DNA from: Amphiscolops sp. MND2022
Lineage: Eukaryota
Reading direction: 5' to 3'
Length of the DNA: 64,000 nucleotides
Assembly (NCBI GenBank): GCA_964187785.1
Contig: OZ076409.1
Location: forward strand, 16,060,001-16,124,000
Both the position numbers and the translations under genes were made by a program. Below, piece after piece: positions 60,817 to 64,000 of this stretch. The notes beneath the pieces are model-generated. The model searched no databases and was not told the DNA's origin. It was given only the letters and a program-made list of their open reading frames with translations. Each line of letters starts with the position of its first letter. Position 1 is the stretch's first letter.

Positions 60817-61060
60817 TATAAGGTATTAAGTTTGGTTAGTACAATAAGATTGCCATAACGGATAGATGTATCGGAAAAGAAGATATTTTGTATTGAATTT
60901 TGAATTATATGGTAAAATTTGATCTATAAATACAACTTGTAAGAAAATAGTAAGTGCAATACTTATAAAAAGAAGAAATGGGTTTTGTATATATTGAATA
61001 AGTATATGGAAGGTGTGGTAGATACTAAGTAGTCCAAAAAGGGGTGTTGGCGCCAGTCAT

Positions 61061-61474
61061 CAGAAAGCAGAGAAAGTCGATTTGGAACATGCTGGTTGAG
61101 AAACAAGAACTTAAAACTCTTCGAAACTTAGATGAAAATTTGAACGAAAACCTCACCTTGCTAAAGCGAAAACCCCCCCAGTCGGGATTTTCTCTACAAC
61201 TATTAACCATAGAGACTTGAAACTTGGTACACATATGCAAGTACATAATACGGACACACCGGCTAAGTTTCAAGGTCATTCCCCCCTTATAACCCCCATT
61301 ACCCCTCACATGTGTAGTATTCAAGGTCATTGAGACAAAAATGTAAACATTGCTATTTACCCTTCTGACCACATTAGAATGCAGCTCTGTTGAAATTGAT
61401 GATATTTACATAGTGTAAACATGCTTCTGAGCCCACCTGACCAACATGCCAAAACCACCACATTCTCTGTTTAC
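61061..61474. mobile_element. Possible small non-autonomous element with imperfect terminal inverted repeats
   Basis: cagagaaagtcgatttggaacatgctggtt (left) resembles the reverse complement of gaccaacatgccaaaaccaccacattctctg (right); base composition breaks from the gypsy-like element. Confidence 0.4.
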
Positions 61475-61553
61475 ATAGCCAATAACTTTAATAATTCACT
61501 TAAATGTCATTTATTTATACAACATATTTCAACTTATATTTGCTTATATTTAC

Positions 61554-61964
61554 TGTAGAATTGTAAACCACATTTATACCATTATTAGATAGAGATTTTC
61601 TCCACTGAATAGCTATAGAATAGTTGGGTCTTAGGACCAAGAGACTAATTAATCAACTTCTCAATCTTCACAACTTTTCGCTAGAGTCAGAGCGACTAAG
61701 TAGCTACTCTCATAGTTGGAGAGCCGGAGCGCGTGAAGATACTGTGAGGGAAGTGTGTGCAGGATCACATCGGATCCAATTCAGTGCAAAGAGGAATCGC
61801 AGGAGATTCCACGGGTCACATCGGACCCGCCAGCCAAAAGATACAGTCCTTTAAACAAGAAAACCAGGATTTGTTTAGTGACGGTCCACAGCACTAAGCA
61901 ACGGATCAGGGCGGCGTAAAGCTTGTCAAGCCTCAGCGCAGGATAAGGGCAAGCAGCCGTTACA
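61554..61964 (+). repeat. 5' LTR of a BEL/Pao-like retrotransposon
   Basis: Begins tgta (61554, alternatively 61562), ends gttaca (61964) and is followed 2 nt later by a TGG-initiated PBS. The partner LTR lies outside the window. Confidence 0.7.
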
Positions 61965-61966
61965 TT

Positions 61967-62057
61967 TGGTCCGCCGACCCGGACAACTAGTTGGTCCGCC
62001 GACCCGGACAACTCGTTGGTCCGCCGACCCGGACGAATCGTTGGTGGACGACCCGGA
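61967..62057 (+). promoter_or_regulatory. Primer-binding site tggtccgccgacccgga (tRNA-Tyr-like), three perfect copies plus one degenerate copy
   Basis: Copies start at 61967, 61992, 62017 and 62042 (25-bp period). The reverse complement ends ...ggcggACCA like a tRNA 3' end. Confidence 0.75.
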
Positions 62058-62142
62058 CTAGAAGAAGAAGACGACTCGCTGGTGGACAACTGAGAAGATT
62101 GCCCAAGAAGAACAAGTGTCTGGATCTTGGAGTTGCTGATTT

Positions 62143-62458
62143 TGTGTCTCTGGGAGATTGGGCTACTGTGTCTCTGGGAGATTGGGCTATTGTGTCTCTG
62201 GGAGATTGGGCTACTGTGTCTCTGGGAGATTGGGCTATTGTGTCTCTGGGAGATTGGGCTACTGTGTCTCTGGGAGATTGGGCTATTGTGTCTCTGGGAG
62301 ATTGGGCTACTGTGTCTTTGGGAAATTGGGCTATTGTGTCTCTGGGAGATTGGGCTACTGTGTCTCTGGGAGATTGGGCTATTGTGTCTCTGGGAGATTG
62401 GGCTACTGTGTCTCTGGGAGATTGGGCTATTGTGTCTCTGGGAGTTTGGGCTATTGTG
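62143..62458 (+). repeat. 24-bp minisatellite (13 units) with alternating 48-bp dimer
   Basis: tgtgtctctgggagattgggcta(c/t); the c and t variants alternate. Confidence 0.95.
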
Positions 62459-62492
62459 ACTTTGGAACTAAACTCAATCGACAATAGAAGAG

Positions 62493-64000
62493 ATGGCAGA
62501 ACCAAAACGGTTCGATATCAACAAAATTGAAAACTTTCTGAAGAACTCTGCTGACAAAGCCCAAACGTTGAGTTATTGGACTGCAGCTGTTGAACACGGT
62601 AAGACTGTCAAAGAAATTGATGAGAACCTAGCTAGAAATGTTGACGACAAGCAGATAGCAGATTTACTGCTAAGACGAACAGATGCCATAAACAGGAGGG
62701 ATCGGCTCATTAAGGCAGTCGAAAACGCGATCAAAGTCAAGTATCAACCGCAGATACCCGAAATCTTCTCAACAGTGAACAAAGAAATGCAGAGCCGATT
62801 GGCTGAGTTGCAGCAGCAAAGCTCTAGCGTTGGAAGGGTACAAATGCTGATGTCAGCATTGCAAGACGAAAATCAGATACTAAATTACTTGGATCTTGAC
62901 GAAAAGAAACGTGCTATTGATAGACTAATGGATAGCAACAAAAAGTTGCGGGAAGATTCAATCGCAAATGGCAAAATTGTCGACGAAGAAGATTATGCTG
63001 CAGCATGTCAAGAATTGCTGCAGAAACGGTCTGACATTAAAACGAAAATTGAAGATCTGCTGAAGACAGGAGAAGGAGGAGCCATTTTGCGAAGCCTTGA
63101 AGACGCAGAACAAAGACTAGCAGACGTTCGCGCAAGCGTAGCCGCAGACAAATCAAGAAAAAATGGCACTTCACCACAAAAGGAGCCGCAACCAGACGAT
63201 GAGCAAAAGGAACATGATGGTCACAACGCGGAAGACAGCCAAGAGCCAAGAAATGGAGCTAGATCATTGCCAATAGAAGAATTGAGCATACATTCGCGAA
63301 GTGAAAGAGCCAAAAGCAACAAGACGTCTGTGATTTCAAAAACATCAAGCGCAAGACGAGTTCTACACTTGGAGCTAAAAGCTCTGAAGGAGCAAGAAGA
63401 ACTGCAATCCCGCCTGGAGAAACTGGGAAGAGAAACAAAACAAAAGGAAATGGAAATAGCAGACTTGCAAGGTGAGGTCGCCCGCAAGGCCAGAATTGCA
63501 GAAAAGGAAATAGAACTGGCGAAATTTTCAAGTAGTTGTGGCACCAGCTTGCGAAGTATTTCACCAGTCGAGTCACCAGACGACAATCTGACGAAAGTCT
63601 CAGATTGGATGGACAAGACCGAAGAAGCTGAAAACGTGGCATCGCCGAATAACGTGCCATCTGTATACCAGCAAACGTCCGCCTCAGCACCAGTGATTAC
63701 AGTACGATCAACTCATGAAGGACAACGCTCCGGGCTAGTGGGGGACTTGAAACTCTCCGTGAAACCGACCATATCCACAGAAGCCGCTGTGCGAGGCATT
63801 GGAAAGGACAGAACAAAGACTGTCATAGATGTTATCAGTCAAAGAGCAACAGCACAACCAGAAGTGAAATTCGCCTCATCGAAGCCGTCGATGACTCTCA
63901 GTGCAGAACAGATTGGGTTACCGCCTACGTCAGGAGGCATCCCGAGTGGTGCATTTCAAGTGCCACAGCTTGAGAACACGCAGAAGCCGTATCTGCCTCG
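62493..64000 (+). CDS. BEL/Pao-like gag N-terminus, apparently open to the window edge (absent from the ORF track, consistent with no in-window stop)
   Basis: ATG at 62493: MAEPKRFDINKIENF...SVISKTSSARRVLHLELKALKEQEEL...TKVSDWMDK. Coiled-coil plus Ser-rich pattern typical of BEL gag; follows the LTR and PBS. Confidence 0.7.
   Translation, partial: MAEPKRFDINKIENFLKNSADKAQTLSYWTAAVEHGKTVKEIDENLARNVDDKQIADLLLRRTDAINRRDRLIKAVENAIKVKYQPQIPEIFSTVNKEMQSRLAELQQQSSSVGRVQMLMSALQDENQILNYLDLDEKKRAIDRLMDSNKKLREDSIANGKIVDEEDYAAACQELLQKRSDIKTKIEDLLKTGEGGAILRSLEDAEQRLADVRASVAADKSRKNGTSPQKEPQPDDEQKEHDGHNAEDSQEPRNGARSLPIEELSIHSRSERAKSNKTSVISKTSSARRVLHLELKALKEQEELQSRLEKLGRETKQKEMEIADLQGEVARKARIAEKEIELAKFSSSCGTSLRSISPVESPDDNLTKVSDWMDKTEEAENVASPNNVPSVYQQTSASAPVITVRSTHEGQRSGLVGDLKLSVKPTISTEAAVRGIGKDRTKTVIDVISQRATAQPEVKFASSKPSMTLSAEQIGLPPTSGGIPSGAFQVPQLENTQKPYLP

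Larger units (their letters stand above)
44377..61056 (-). mobile_element. Giant Ty3/gypsy-like (Metaviridae-like) retrovirus-like element with env and accessory ORFs; termini not identified
   Basis: Collinear gag-PR-RT-RH-IN, ORF2, env, ORF4 and ORF5 all on the minus strand, with a uniformly G-poor sense strand. The left junction cuts the 1.43-kb repeat; the right end abuts other insertions. Boundaries approximate, especially 44377-45900. Confidence 0.85.

Noticed and set aside
61040..61056. tggcgcc as the primer-binding site of the gypsy-like element
   Set aside because: It is not preceded by an LTR ending in CA and lies at the edge of the gag-frame extension. Not excluded, but unsupported.
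61967..62057. 17-bp repeats with variable 8-nt linkers as a mini-CRISPR
   Set aside because: The linkers are short and related to each other; position right after an LTR and tRNA complementarity explain it as a PBS.
61987..62530. Repetitive ORFs (SPRDT, VSLGDWA, LLCLWEIG, GYCVSGRL)
   Set aside because: All are translations of a stop-free 24-bp minisatellite; no evidence of coding.

Overview
AT-rich eukaryotic genomic DNA, most likely from an invertebrate animal; the taxon cannot be fixed from sequence alone. Most short ORF-track calls are spurious. From left to right: (1) the last four coding exons of a spliced PP2C/PPM phosphatase gene (+; 2745-11427). The intron upstream of these exons holds a decayed CR1/L2-type LINE; the introns between them hold a hAT-type MITE, a repeat with an internal tRNA-like module and a decayed intronless gene cassette split by a complete 1.9-kb hAT transposon (TIRs plus 8-bp TSD). 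(2) A tRNA-like relic and a class A GPCR pseudogene. (3) A ~20-kb macro-array in which a ~4-kb TE-derived spacer alternates with variable blocks of a ~102-bp satellite. (4) A 1.43-kb tandem repeat (3.7 copies). (5) The main find: a ~16.6-kb minus-strand Ty3/gypsy-like, retrovirus-like element. It has a single-frame gag-pro-RT-RNaseH-IN (two nonsense codons), a methionine-free ORF carrying PSAP and LYPxL late-domain motifs, an intact 902-aa envelope resembling class III (gB/chuvirus-like) fusogens, and further orphan ORFs. No LTR pair is visible for it. (6) The 5' end of a plus-strand BEL/Pao-like element with an LTR, a tandemly triplicated primer-binding site, a 24/48-bp minisatellite and a gag ORF running off the window. 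All homology calls come from motif recognition by eye; no searches were run.
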